64,000 nucleotides of DNA from Convolutriloba macropyga. Lineage: Eukaryota. A program made the translations under genes and the position numbers. The notes beneath the pieces were generated by a model that saw only the letters and a list, made by a program, of their open reading frames with translations, was not told where the DNA came from and did not search any database. The stretch lies in NCBI RefSeq assembly GCF_964194025.1, contig NC_134478.1:6820001-6884000 (forward strand), written 5' to 3'. How positions within the stretch are numbered: the first letter of the stretch is position 1; every line of letters starts with the position of its first letter. Positions 1 to 12,819 of the stretch are shown here, one piece after another.

Positions 1-3000
1 CTAACAGCCGACCCACGGCTCGGTCCGGGAAGACTTCCTTAATCTCATTCATTTACGAAGATATGATTCAACTTTTTCTTCCGCGAACAAAAAGTCGTGA
101 TCAGGCTTTATCATATCGTCTAAAATCACTTCTCAGTCTACCGCTCTCTCAACCTAGTTGCTTCTCTCTCTTTGATTCAAACTTCTCTCAACAGCTCTCA
201 CCTTTCAATACTTAATACATTTCTTCACTCCAGTCTTTTTAAACTTAGAAAATTTTATTTCTAAACCTCTCTCTCAACTTTAAACTATTTTAGAAAGAAA
301 AATTTTTCTTTCTAAGCCTCTCGCTCAACTCTAATCTTCACTTCTCTTCTAATCTTAAGAACTATCGCACAAAACAGTTCTTCTCTAACTACCCTTTCTT
401 CGACGCTATCTAAAAGACTTCGCTCTACGCAGCACTCCAGCTCACTACTAACAGAAACACAAATCTGTCTCAACTCTACACTTTCAGTCTCACAGTACTG
501 AAAGCAAACTCCATGTTCTATAGTAAACAGGTATGCAAATTACTTCGCAGCACAGACTGGAAGTACTATTTAAGAGAACACCATACGCCGATACCTTCGG
601 CTACATTCAGAATTTTAAACCTAAATAATCCGCTTTCAAGATATTTTCTACAATCTCAATCGTATCTTATATTCACATACTTGCTGTGAATGGGTTTTCT
701 ACCTTAGAGACTTGAATAACGAACATATTGCTTTTTTCTATCATCCAATGTTTCCACCAAAAACAACACCTAAATTACCCGAACTCCTCTATACAGACTT
801 TGTATGCACTATTAATCGTGACGCTATCCCAGCCTCGTACGATAAAAGATATGTTAAAGAACTTCTTAGGTTGGATGAACAATACCAACAAATCGCAAAA
901 TAACAAATCACAAAGAAAGTGAAACCATATACCTACACATTATCTTCATTTGAACGAAAAGACTATACGATTACTGAATTGTTAACTTTTTTTGCTGATT
1001 TTTTAGATCTCATCTTTCTCCATAATGTCATCCTACCAGAATTACCCTGCGCCGCAATCCGAGTGAGTGTACCCACTTTAAATCTCTTTAATAATTGTTA
1101 TTCTCATCTCTACTGACTATAAAATTTATTATTGCGATAATTCCCTCACTCTGGGCCAAAGATTATCATCACAATGGCGTCCTCTAGTCAACAATCAAAC
1201 ACTAACCCATGTGCTCCCCCCGTCTCCTAGAATCGCCCAGTTGCTCATACAGCGCAGCAACTAAGCAGTCAACACCCAAAAAGTCATCATTTAAACTCTT
1301 TTATAAAAAACCACAACCAAAAGAAACCGAGCAACACCCATAATCAGTCATTACTACTGCCAAATCTACAGATAGACTTCGTCCTACTGGACACTTCCCC
1401 CCCCCCACTTTACCCCACAATCGGTAATCTCATATCCCCCCATCAAAGTCTTTTGCAAATACAACAAACGCAAGCACAACAACAACAACAACAACCCCAC
1501 CACATAAACACACAAACTCTGCTACCATATTCCGGCTTCCTATCTAACACAACACTCCAACCGCCAACTATTATACCCGTTCCACCTCGAGCACCACAAC
1601 CTGAATTAATTAACTATACAAACACTGCACAATTTTCCGCTCAACCTTTAAATTTTGCGAACACATAAAACTCATAGCTCTGAATTGCCACAGCCAATTC
1701 ATACTGTCTCGAATATTAGTGATACACCACAAGATATCAGCTTAATTTCCGACAATACTATATCACACTCAGCTCTCAATTTTCTTCACCCACTCCATCA
1801 CAAATTGCGAGTAACCCCTTTAATCCACCACAAGGACCAATCTCTAATATTGAACGCTTGCTCTCACAGGCGCATTGGAACCACTCTTTTAACATAGTCA
1901 ACTCATCACCGTCTTTTCAAAGTTCACTACCACTCAGTTTCCAAGGTACTACACCTATAATAACACTCAGTTCTAATTCAGCAACTCTTGATCCCGATCA
2001 ACATTCTCACCACTGTATCGGAAAACACCCAGATACTACTAGAACTTATCCAACTCTACCCTTAAAACTTGACCCAAAATTTGTTGTTCCCCCTCCCGCC
2101 CTTTTCGGAGATCATAATAACGAACAACTCCATAACTGGGCTAAACAACGATTCTCTAAATCATACAAAATTACACCAGTACAGAAACAAAGAGCACATG
2201 ATCTACTCAAACACTCGAAGATCACCACCTGTTTTTAGAGTAAAAACAAATCCATCATCCTTTATCTGCCGAGAAATTAACTAAATTTGAAATTTCATAG
2301 ATACACAAAGAACACAGCCGGATATTTTGTTTTCTACAATCCACATTCTGGACTCTCTTACACATGTCCCTTAAAAATTTAATTTATTTATTGCTTAAGT
2401 TATTGATTTCACATCCTTGTACAAGACCTTGTAGTCACACATTATGATTGTTCGCCATAGCATAACACAAATATGCAGTATTATAAGCTCAATAAAATTG
2501 GCGATTGTAAAATCAAAGCAGCAGATTTTCAAATACTCCCCGCCCAAGTGCAAATATTTTTTAAAAATTCGAACACTTCAAGTAAGAGCCTATGCCATAA
2601 ACGCTTAACTTAGCGACAAAGAAATCTTTCGTCACAATATCGCACTTAAAAGAGGCTTCAGGTTTGATCACGATAATTGGTATGTTAACAATTGGAAAGA
2701 CCTTTCTTTCCCACAGAAATCGAAGCTCGTAGAGAACGAGCACGCGTTGGTCTCATAAGTAAACACCTCTACCAACAACAGATAATACAATTTGACGTAC
2801 TCGATGACCCACTCTGGCAAGCGAATATAGAAGCCAAACAAGGCCCCTTCCAACTCGATCGCTATCGACCCTTTGGATTCCAACACGGAAGCATGGTCTA
2901 TAATCCTAGGGACCATGAATGGTTTCCTAATGCTACCAATAACCCCTGGGATAATTGTCCAGGCAAAAACCCAGAACACGAATCATGTCATCCACGCACA

Positions 3001-5690
3001 CTGGTATGGTCACTTCAATTAACAGACATCACACTTAGTTTTGACGTAAAGTCAGAAAGCATTTACTACGGGAAAATTCGTATTAAGAGATCTTGAACGT
3101 GGCTACTGTCCTCCAAATCATGCTATTAAAGCCACAGTTATTTGGAAACCTGAAAACCACTGCCGTATATTTGATGTTGGAAGATCATATGCACGAATGA
3201 TTAAATTCCAAAAACGTTATTTTATTGAAACACTCGAAAATAATGAAACTAATTGCGGTCACAAACATAATGCACACATGTACTTTAGTCGTTTTCAGAA
3301 GCACTTTTATGATGAATCCGCACTTTCTCGTTTTGAGGTTCTCACAAATTCTTTACACAAATGTAATGAAGATCGCCCATATTATGCCACAAAATACCAA
3401 GACATTTTTATTCACTACAATGAAGGCTTTAACTTTATAATGGGTAAAGCATCAGCCGAAATTAAAGATGCACAGGTAACAATTCGTGCAAGCGCACCTC
3501 CCATCACGCCATACACCAAAGCCAATATACGAAATGGATATGTTAATCCGCAAGAATCACCCGTTTATCGTAAATCTGAAGAGTACGAACTTTTCAGAAA
3601 ACAAAATTGGTTTGGTGCTGTAAACCCAAATGTACAAATTGATGCACAACTCGACTATATGGTTAGCCAAGTCTTATTAGAAATGGACCACACGAGTCTA
3701 TCTATTTACAAAAAAACTTTGATTTAGACCGCGATTTTAAACAAACGGCTTTTATCCTTTTAACACGAAAACTTCCACTCGTAGGATATGTTATCACAGG
3801 ACAGCAACACACATTCGCCACACTCAAAAGTTCGAACGTGATTTCACTCTTTCAATGTAAATGGACAATTAGAGAACGAAAATCTTCAAGAGGGACGAGA
3901 TAAAGACCTTCCACTAGAGTGTCTCCAATTCCCTATTAACCATCGTTTCAGAGAACGTTTCTGGCACCAATCGAAATACTTCTTCCCTCTTGCGGACCGC
4001 CAGAACGATTACTTCAACACATTCTTCACTCGCGAGACCGCCCCTATCGTATTTATCAGAAGTACGATCCCTTCTACCTCCATTTTGGTTTTTTACATCC
4101 CACACAGATGGAAGTGAATAACCAAACGCATAAGCTCAACAGAGTGAAGATGCCTCACACGGTACACACTTACCTATTTGTACAACACCATTTTCAAAGG
4201 ACAAATCCACTCATTCATATAAATTAGCGTCTTCAGTACGGGAACACTAAGTAACCTCACCCTATTACATGAATTATAGCTATATAATTCAACCTAATTA
4301 TTGTGAAGGCACTCTTCGCAATTTCGACCCCATAAAGAATTGCTTCTTATTTTCACCCTTATAGGCGAAGACTAATCGTCTGATCCTCGTCCCAATCGAG
4401 TATCTACAATGCGTAGAGGGAGAAGCCACGAAGTGTATGCATGGACACACTTTCAGCCTCGTCTACAGGGACTGGATGGTGGACACGTTAGACAACAGAC
4501 AGCCCTCACAAGAAGAAACACAGATCTTCAATCATCTTGCGTTGCAGCCGCACTGCAACATCGACCTCTACCCTCGTGCCCTTGCTGCTTGTCTCTCACG
4601 TGATCGATAATTCTTGGAATTTTTCCGAGACCCAGACAATTGAGCTCCGGACTTCGAGTTCGAATATCGGACGTAGGCCACAGTCCTAAATAACACTTTG
4701 GTCTCACAGTCCCACAGAACTCAAAGACTCACCATCCTCTCAAAACTCACTCTCTATGCAATTTTTCACATATTTTTTTTCTAATGATAATTTTTATAGT
4801 CTGTATTCCTTTCTTCTTTCACACAATTGAAGATTAGCATCAGTTCTTTTCTTCTTCCTCCCGGTAGGGTCTTAGTAAAAAAGGCATTAAATTTGACTAA
4901 TGAATTTGATAGGAAAAGTAGCTCACACAGTAGCTAAATGATGGATTTCCACCAGAAGGTAAGCTGGTAAATCCGACTGGTTCAAACCTTGTACCAGGTG
5001 GAGATAAACAGAAATCTCATTGTACAAACCAGACAGAGACTACGGACTACAAGCGATCCTCCAACTGGGAGCAAATTCTCACTATATGACAGTGAGAGCA
5101 GTTGGTTATTCTAAACAGAACTGACGTTACTAGCCAGCACACTCTGTAACTGGTACCCCTCACTGGTTCTACAATCAAGACGAACCCCTTACTGACGACA
5201 CTAGTTACTACTTCACTGACAAGGACTTCAGACGACGGCACGAGTCACAACCCCACTTCAGACAGGACACAACTCTTCACCCCACTTTTCAACGTGGATG
5301 ACACATCCAACGTATTTCAGCTACAGCTCACAAATCCGGATTTGAAACTCTTAACCCCGGATGGATTTAGCAGTAGAAATACTGGATGTACAACTCCATC
5401 CAATCAGAGACTGAGAAGACACTGTTCTCTTTTATATAGAGAGAACTCCACTAACTGTATTCAGTCTATTAGTCAGATACACCATGTGTATACTCTTGAC
5501 TCCGGTGCTGTACTTTATTAGCACCGTAATAACAGAAGTTTATCTTCAATGTTTCACAGAGTCGGTTAGTCTGAGAGATATAGGTAAGCCTACTTCGCGC
5601 GCAGAAATAAGTAGCCCTAGCTGTTTATACCTTAAGGCAAAAAAGGAGCCTACATCGCGTCTGCCTTAGGATATTAAGACCACGAAAGAT
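1..5690 (+). mobile_element. Decayed 3' part of an env-bearing LTR retroelement (accessory ORF remnants, class III-like glycoprotein, putative 3' LTR); runs off the window start
   Basis: C/A-skewed, ORF-remnant-rich segment compositionally distinct from the flank; contains the env-like pseudogene and ends in an LTR-like block. No gag/pol visible in the window. Confidence 0.6.
2407..3865 (+). pseudogene. Chuvirus/herpes gB-like (class III) fusion glycoprotein, frameshifted and C-terminally truncated
   Basis: Manual translation across stops/frameshifts: VVTHYDCSP*HNTNMQYYKLNKIGDCKIK..QVQIF..IRTLQVRAY..; DLERGYCPP..TVIWKPENHC; LHKC..YYATKYQDIFI; NVQIDAQLDYMVSQV..SIYKK; VGYVITG..VISLFQCK. The order matches the remembered chuviral-G pattern (YDC..C..QLLQ; GxC..TFW..C; CG..TE..LFI; long helix; ..IKC). 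Includes ORFs 2692..3096 and 3197..3727. Confidence 0.65.
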
Positions 5691-5691
5691 T
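4868..5691 (+). repeat. Putative 3' LTR (~820 bp)
   Basis: Near-perfect terminal inverted repeat GGTCTTAGTA..TATTAAGACC; CCAAT (5400) followed by TATATAGAG (~5433). Termini are not canonical TG..CA and the partner LTR is not in the window. Confidence 0.4.
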
Positions 5692-7039
5692 ATAAATTAA
5701 TATTAGGACTCATTTTTTCAAAGCATGTTTATTTTTTAAACTTCACCAATCGTATAAGTTCCAACATATGATTCCTTACTTTTAAAATTTATTACTATTT
5801 CGTTTTCATGATTTTTTGTTCTTAAGAAATATTATTTGACTATATTAGAAAAAAAATAAATGTAGGTAAATTGCATCTCCACCCTTTCAATTTAAGATCA
5901 GAAAAATGAAAGTCAATTTGTACGTTTTAGTGAGTTCTTTGATGCGGCAAAAGTAACCCTAAGAAGTTTACCATTTTGGTATACATCATCTTACCCAGGA
6001 AAGAATACATTGTAAGAAATACAATATTTCCAGCGTTTTTTCCTTGTTATTAACCTTCAAAAAACTTATGAAAATTTGAAAACTGATTTATATTAAACTT
6101 CATAATTTAACAGGAAAATTAGATGTCCCTTTTTTCGTCTAAAAAGAAAGCTTTGCTTTTGCTATCTCTAGCGCGTGAAATTTTCTACCCTTGTTAAGCG
6201 AATGGAGAAATAATAGCTGTTTTGGCTATTAAAATTGAAATTCTCCACAAAAATTTTAACAGTGGCGTAATTTAATCAAAGTCCAGCGGCTTTGCTAGAC
6301 GAAAACTAATAGCTTTGCTAGACGAATCAGCTAATCAATTATTTAAGTTTAGTTGCATATTCACAAACGTTAGTTTTTCGATACTGTTTCCTGGAACGCT
6401 AGGGGCTTTTAAATTACATGTTCTTAGGAGCTAATTGAGAGCACTATTAAGATTTGAAGTCAAAAATTGAGAAGTTCAACTCAAGTCACCGATGTATGCT
6501 CAAGCCATTCTGCAAAATGTAATACAGTACTATTTCTGAGTACAGTACTTGCTTCTAATTTTGTTCGTGCCCAATTAAAAAGCAACTGAAAGCAAACCGC
6601 TTTCTGTGAGTTCATCTCATAAAAAGTTGACATTTTTGGATTATATCTTATACCACAAAGTGTCTCGAATTGTCTCAAGACCTTCTAAATGTACATTAGC
6701 TGACCGTAAACTCTTCTTTGCAGTTCGTTAATATTAAAATTTCGGTGGGTTTTGTGACTACTTTCGCAACGGCGCTTCAATAGAATTCATTCAAGCTGAA
6801 AGCACCATTTGACCACAGCCCATTTGTTTTCAGGTGCTCTCATTGTTATCACATTTCTTACCCTTTCGAGCAACATTGCCCTTGCTGGTCACTGTTTTGG
6901 GTCCAAATTTTCAGGTAGCACTACCCCAGCGGCCATTACTGATCAGGCTGTAGCAAATTTTTCTTTGGCACGATAGCCGCATAAATCTCTCCATTTTCTA
7001 GGTTTGAGTTTAAAAATAGAGTAAACAAAAACTAAATTT

Positions 7040-7669
7040 CTAAGTTGCTGTTGCACCAACAAACGTAGTGCTTGATTTATTATTATTATAAGGTAAGTTA
7101 TCATAACTTGGAATTTGTTTGCGCTTAATTATTTCCACAGCTAGAGCGTGATTATTGTAGCAAAGTTCTATGTATGCAGCCAGCATATAACACTCAGTAG
7201 GCAACGGTTTCTGAAGTGACGTCAAATTCACGGCGACCATTTGAATCAGTTTCTTACATTCATCATAGTTCCCTTTCATTGCGTAAATTGAACCCATAGT
7301 CAACATGTAAGCGACCCACTTGTCAATACTCGCGTAGCTTTCTTTCTCCGAAATGTCGTTTTCTGTTGACTTTTTCTTGATCATAAACACGTTTTGGTTC
7401 GATTGGAGAGTTAACATCTCTACAGCGTTGTTGACTTGATTCATGTTGACCATAGCCTCCGATTTGTACAATAGCAGTATATGCATTAAATGGTGATCAG
7501 TTTGCTGTTGTTCTTTTTGAGTCTGTCCGATTAAAGCCGTTGCTCGATCGCAGTAGTTGATAGATTTGAGATAATCACCGAGACACAAGTTGATGTATGC
7601 ACCAATAGTTAAAGCTTGAATAATCACTTCGTTCGTTTTAGCCAAATTCTGAGACGTTTTTTGTTTATT
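7040..7669 (-). CDS. CNOT10: CCR4-NOT complex subunit 10, last coding exon
   Basis: TTTCAG acceptor ending at 7670; GAYINLCLGDYLKSI, LYKSEAMV, MLAAYIELC..ALAVEIIKR match the CNOT10 C-terminal TPR-like region; phase 0 joins exon 1. Confidence 0.88.
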   Translation of the reverse strand, partial: NKQKTSQNLAKTNEVIIQALTIGAYINLCLGDYLKSINYCDRATALIGQTQKEQQQTDHHLMHILLLYKSEAMVNMNQVNNAVEMLTLQSNQNVFMIKKKSTENDISEKESYASIDKWVAYMLTMGSIYAMKGNYDECKKLIQMVAVNLTSLQKPLPTECYMLAAYIELCYNNHALAVEIIKRKQIPSYDNLPYNNNKSSTTFVGATAT

Positions 7670-8181
7670 CTGAAAAAGCACCAAAATGATACAAAAACGA
7701 TATTTCATGATCCACGGGTGTACGGTGACGCATTTTAAAATAAATTTTATTTCAGTATAATATTCAACAACTTACAACAATGGAGGCCGAGATGTTGAGC
7801 CAGAATTTCGAATTGAATTCCGCAGGTAACCTAACCTTGCTTTAAAAACGCCAATAGCAAGTTGGAGACGGAATAGTCAATTTTTGGCTATGTATATAGA
7901 AACTTCTGGCATTATAAATTCTTGCACTGCAAACTTTCGGCATTTTAAGACTTACAAGTGCGCATTTTAATACAAGTTCAAGTCGTCAACAGTGGTGCTC
8001 CATCTTAAGAAAAACCTTTACAAAACCCGAACAAATTTTAGAGTCCAAAAATACAGTCCCAGATAATTCCTGTACTTTGTTAGAGAGCAATTAGCAAATT
8101 GCTAACATTGTCATGAATTACTTTAACTTGCGAATCAATAAGTCTGAAAACGAGGGAAACAAAATTATTACGATAACTTAC

Positions 8182-9654
8182 CGCTAGCAACAGCGTGTTC
8201 TCAACACACAGGGCCCCAAAACCCAACGAAGCTGCAGGAAAAGCTGCCGATTGGACGTCTTCTTCATTCCCACCGGCAGAACCTTCCATTCCGGGAAACC
8301 TCACGAGCAACTTATGGTTCGGCCCCGAACCCAAACTTGTCAACACAACCGATTCTCGCTCCGTTCTGTCCGAATCATTTTCCCCGTTCGCTGCGCAAGT
8401 CCAGATTGGCCGAGCTTTGCTAACGTTCAGCGCCACGCAACATTCTGACAACTTCAACCACAGTTTCGGGTTGTCATAATAGAACTGAACGGCGTTGAAA
8501 AACTCCTCGAACGCCTTTTCGGGCATTTTAGCAGCTAGTAAGTGAACTCCCATGTTGAAATGGAGCTCATAGGTTCTCATTGCTGACACTGTATGAAGTT
8601 GACTTGTACTAGCAATGGTTCCAGTGCCATTATTACTACTCGCCGTTATTTTCTTTCCCCCTTTCGACGCTTGCTGTTCGATTTTTTCCAATTCTGCAAA
8701 TGCTTTGCGAGCGTAAAAAACTCCAAGCGCATTTTTGCCATTTTGGTAATGAATGCAAGCTAAGTTGTTATAATACATCATAGGAATACTTTCTCCAGTT
8801 TCAGAATGACTTTTGTAGTGTTGAAAATTTAGTAACTTCATGCTTTTAATATAATGTTTCCTCAAATATTCGAACTTGGCTCTGATAAAAATTGCTGGAA
8901 CTGCCTGGCTAGCATTCGAACCTGTCGGAGTTGGCAACGATCTCATTTCTTTCTTGCAGTTTTTCAAGTTATTTTCAGTCAACAAAACATTGTTTTTCAA
9001 AATGCTTAATCGATTTTGCCACCGTTCCAAATAATTTTTGGCATCTTTTGAATTTGGATTTGTTTTCTCCGTCATTAGTTTCGATTCTAGCCAATTTATA
9101 ACTTGTCCTGTCTCCTTTTCCATTGAGGTACTCATATTTGATTCCCATAATTTTATACTAATTTCGCACCAAATCAGGGACAAATTGAATTTCATAGCCT
9201 GATCCCATTTTGCATGGTCCATAATTTTACCCCAATTTGAGCTGACTTCTTCGGGTTTAATATCGCTCTCTGAGGATTTCGCAAGAACAGACGACATCAA
9301 CAGTTTTGTTATTTCATACTGTTGAGTGTAAAACAGGAACAAACAACAGTTGTAAACGAACACGATTGAACTTTCATCGTAAATATCGACACCTAACAAA
9401 GACAACGAAGTTCCATTTTTTACTGATTTTTCGACGCTGTTCACAAGTTGTGAAAAGTTTTCCAAGCCGTAGAATTTATTTTTGTGTAATTCTAATATCA
9501 AAGAAGTCAGTCGCAATTTTCCAGCCGATGCTAATCTAGAGTCGCCACAATCTTTTAGCAGTTTCTGGAGTGATTTGTGACCATCGGAATATTTTGCCTC
9601 GACAAAGCTCTTTTTACAGCCATCGAGTTGCTTTCGAAGCTGCTCGCGATCCAT
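8182..9654 (-). CDS. CNOT10: CCR4-NOT complex subunit 10, first coding exon
   Basis: Motifs KNCKKEMRS, IRAKFEYLRK, YYNNLACIH, ELHFNMGVHLL, NPKLWLKLSECC, VVLTSLGSGPNHKL; GTAAGT donor at 8181; ATG 9654 lies 12 nt after a TTTCAG acceptor (upstream in-frame ATG at 9684 is an alternative). Confidence 0.9.
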
Positions 9655-10640
9655 CACCAAAAACGTCTGAAAAAGAGACGGCATTTTATATTTCAGTCAA
9701 AAGAGACTTCGAATTCTCATATGAGATGATTTTGGACAGATAATCGAACACGCCTCTTTACTTGTCTGAAGACAAAATAATCTTTAAAAATGCAGGCCGT
9801 TAGAAATAGAACTGAACAAAAGAGAAATCTTGCTGATATTTGGAGTTATTTGTTTTAAATTGAAGCCGGTTACCAACCAAAAAATTAGCTCTATGATGAT
9901 AACAGTGAAATGTTTCTTTGTGAATGTAAATTTGTTTAAACAGTCGCAACTGGTTATACTTTTTATCAAGTTTTTGATGTAAAAAATTTGATTTACATTC
10001 AGAAACAAATATTGGAACAGTTTCAAAAAAATTGCTACAATGAGAATTTTTTGTTGCCATTTACCAATTGAGATGCAGGGGAAAACAGTTAAATACAAAT
10101 ATATCCGATAGCAAGGGTTGGTTTTTCGTTTTATTGATAACTAGCTAAGGCTTATGAGCAAGTTTGATATATACGTATGATTATACCCAACAAGGCGCCG
10201 GCTCATGCAAGCCTGGGCGCGGCACAAAATTCTAACAGTCCTTCAGTTAAAAAACGAGTCGAACACTTAAGAGCTGTAGACTCATTCAGCTCATCCTTCG
10301 CATAAAAATTCAGAGAAAAATTTGAAACTAACTTAAACCAATGCAAAGAGCAAAGACAAAAGAATTTTTATGAAACCATCGATTGGCGTCCTCTATTAGA
10401 AAAACCAACGCTTTCATTTAATGTTTAATTTGCCATCTAAAAAACTATAAAACAATTTGAAACTATAAAACATCCAGGCATAAAATTATAGCTCTACTGA
10501 CGCTATTAGTTACATAGCGATTTGTTCCAATACCGAGTTTCCAGCCGAATGAAGAATAAGGCTCAAAATTTCTTAAAATTTTTCCGAGCAATGGTTTATA
10601 TAATTATTTAACTAATTGCTTTGTTAATCGAAACAAAAGG

Positions 10641-11157
10641 AATATAGCCGGCAGATTGCCGGAAAATAGCTGCGATAGACGCTTGTGGCCTTCCATGAAT
10701 TGAAACAACTACAGAAACAAGATAGGCAGATTGACCAAAAGTCCTTTAGTAGACCACTAGATTTTTTGGGTTAGATACGTACTGTCAATTTTACGACACA
10801 TACGGCCTATAAGGAAAAAGCCCTAAAAGGGCTTTCACAAATTGATATTCGAAATCAAAAACTCAAGACTAATACTCAAGAATTAGGGCATAAAAGATTG
10901 GCACCACTTAGATGCACACTATTGATCTTTAACTAGTAAATGTTTATATAGATTAAAGTTCCATAAGTGAGTTCAGAAGTCATTTTTTAGTAAGTCACGC
11001 AATTGACCTAAAAGCAGAAATGACGTCACGGTAAGACGAAACAATGACCTAAAAGCAGAAAAGACGTCACGGTAAGACGAAACAAAAATCTGTTAGAGGA
11101 AGTAAAAAAATTAGGAGCTTAATAATAGCCGCCTGGAATTGCTAACGCGGCTATTAA
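10641..11157 (-). mobile_element. Non-autonomous Helentron-type (HINE/DINE-like) element, family H1
   Basis: One end palindrome TAATAGCCGC..GCGGCTATTA; other end sub-terminal repeat AAAATAGCTGC next to hairpin CCGGCAGATTGCCGG; A/T-run flanks; internal ~41-bp tandem duplication at 11024-11084. Confidence 0.65.
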
Positions 11158-12819
11158 AAAGCAATAAGTGTTAAATACCTTCGCTCAAGTGGACCTTGAC
11201 AGACATTTCAAACTTTGTTTTTCTGTAGTTTTACAGGTAAATTTGAATTTTTTAAAGGGTCTGTCAGTATTTTTCAGTTCGGAATGATTTGTTATGGCAT
11301 TCAGAACAAAAATCTTAAATTAAAGTCCAACGTGTGACACTGTATTCATATTGCTCTGTAGACAATCATCACTCAGAATAAGTGTCTGTGACTGTAATAA
11401 GGAAAAACGACGCAGCATCGGAAGTGTCAAAATTGAACACATTATTGTTATCAAATTCTCAACCTCTACCTATAAAAAAATAATTGTTTTGCAGCAATAA
11501 TAAAACAATTTGGAAACAGACAAACTGGTCAAATTTTTTGAGAAAAAATCACCGCTAAAAATGAAATACAGAAAACTCCACATGTTATTCTTGTGTTGGG
11601 GCAAACCATTAGTACAAACAAAACTTACCATGTCAGATGTTTCTATAGAAAAAATTAACACAAAAAAGTTTTGACTGCGAAAATTCACAGCCGTTCATAT
11701 CACAACCACCACCACCACCACCACCATAGCTTGTGCAAACCATCAAACCTAAAAACAAACTGGCAAAAATTATTCACTATAGATATTTAAAAGCTCCACC
11801 AGCTTTAAATATAGCCAATCAGAAACAACCGAGACAAAAATTTGAGATTGGGCGAAAACTCACAAAATGGAAAAACTAGCAAATATTGTAATTTTGTGTT
11901 TAAGTTGGCATTACTAATACATATTTGTCAGAAAGTTCAAAATGTTTTAAACTCAGAAGACACATGAACTATTAATGAACTTGAGCATAGACTAATTAGT
12001 CAAGAAAAACAAAATAACAGTTTCTGGGTGTGGTGCCGGTGGTGTGTGCGCGCGTCTTTGAGTGAGATACCAATTTGAAATGAAATTAATGAGCCTTCAA
12101 GCGGTACAACCATTATCTCTCTAGATTGCAAAGAAAAATCTCAATTTTGGCCAGAGAAAAAAGACGGCCAACAATATAGTTCCCCGCTTACACGTAACGT
12201 AATGTTGAAACAACTGGATTAAGGTGATTGTGTTGAACCCCACTTCCGCGTAAATGACCTCAATGATCGAAAATTTAGGGAAACTTTCCCCGAAGCGAAG
12301 AAAGTTGCAGTGGAAAAAAAACAAGGTTTTTTAAAAAGTGAACACATCTGAAACTCTGAGACCCTGGCTCATTAAATTTGCACAAAAACTTGATTTTCTA
12401 CAGTTTTTCAATATCTGCAGTCCCAGTTAAGACTGCCACATTTCAAATCCAACGCCCAAAGTGATAAAGAGAACATGTTTGCAAATGTATATCTTCACTT
12501 CCCAACTACCGCTGAATAATTTCCGTGATCTATACTAATGGCAACAAAACATTAGATGTTACTCAGCATTTTCAGATATTTTTTGAACGTTTTTTTTCAA
12601 ATTCTAAAGAACCGTAAATAAGATGTTATTTGCTTTTAACTCACAATTTTATGATCTTATTATGCAACCTTTTTTGAAGCTTGATGAATACAATAAAAAG
12701 GATGAACAAAAAAACCGTTGGAGCTCAAGTAATTCAATAGTTGTTTGGTTCCAAACAACTTTGATGTTGAGCATCTTAACAAAAAAAACAGACCACGAGA
12801 TTGCAATATGGGAGGGTAA

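Noticed and set aside
6780-7000. GC-richer block with a GTAAGA donor just after the CNOT10 stop
   Set aside because: All minus-strand frames contain stops; treated as 3' UTR.
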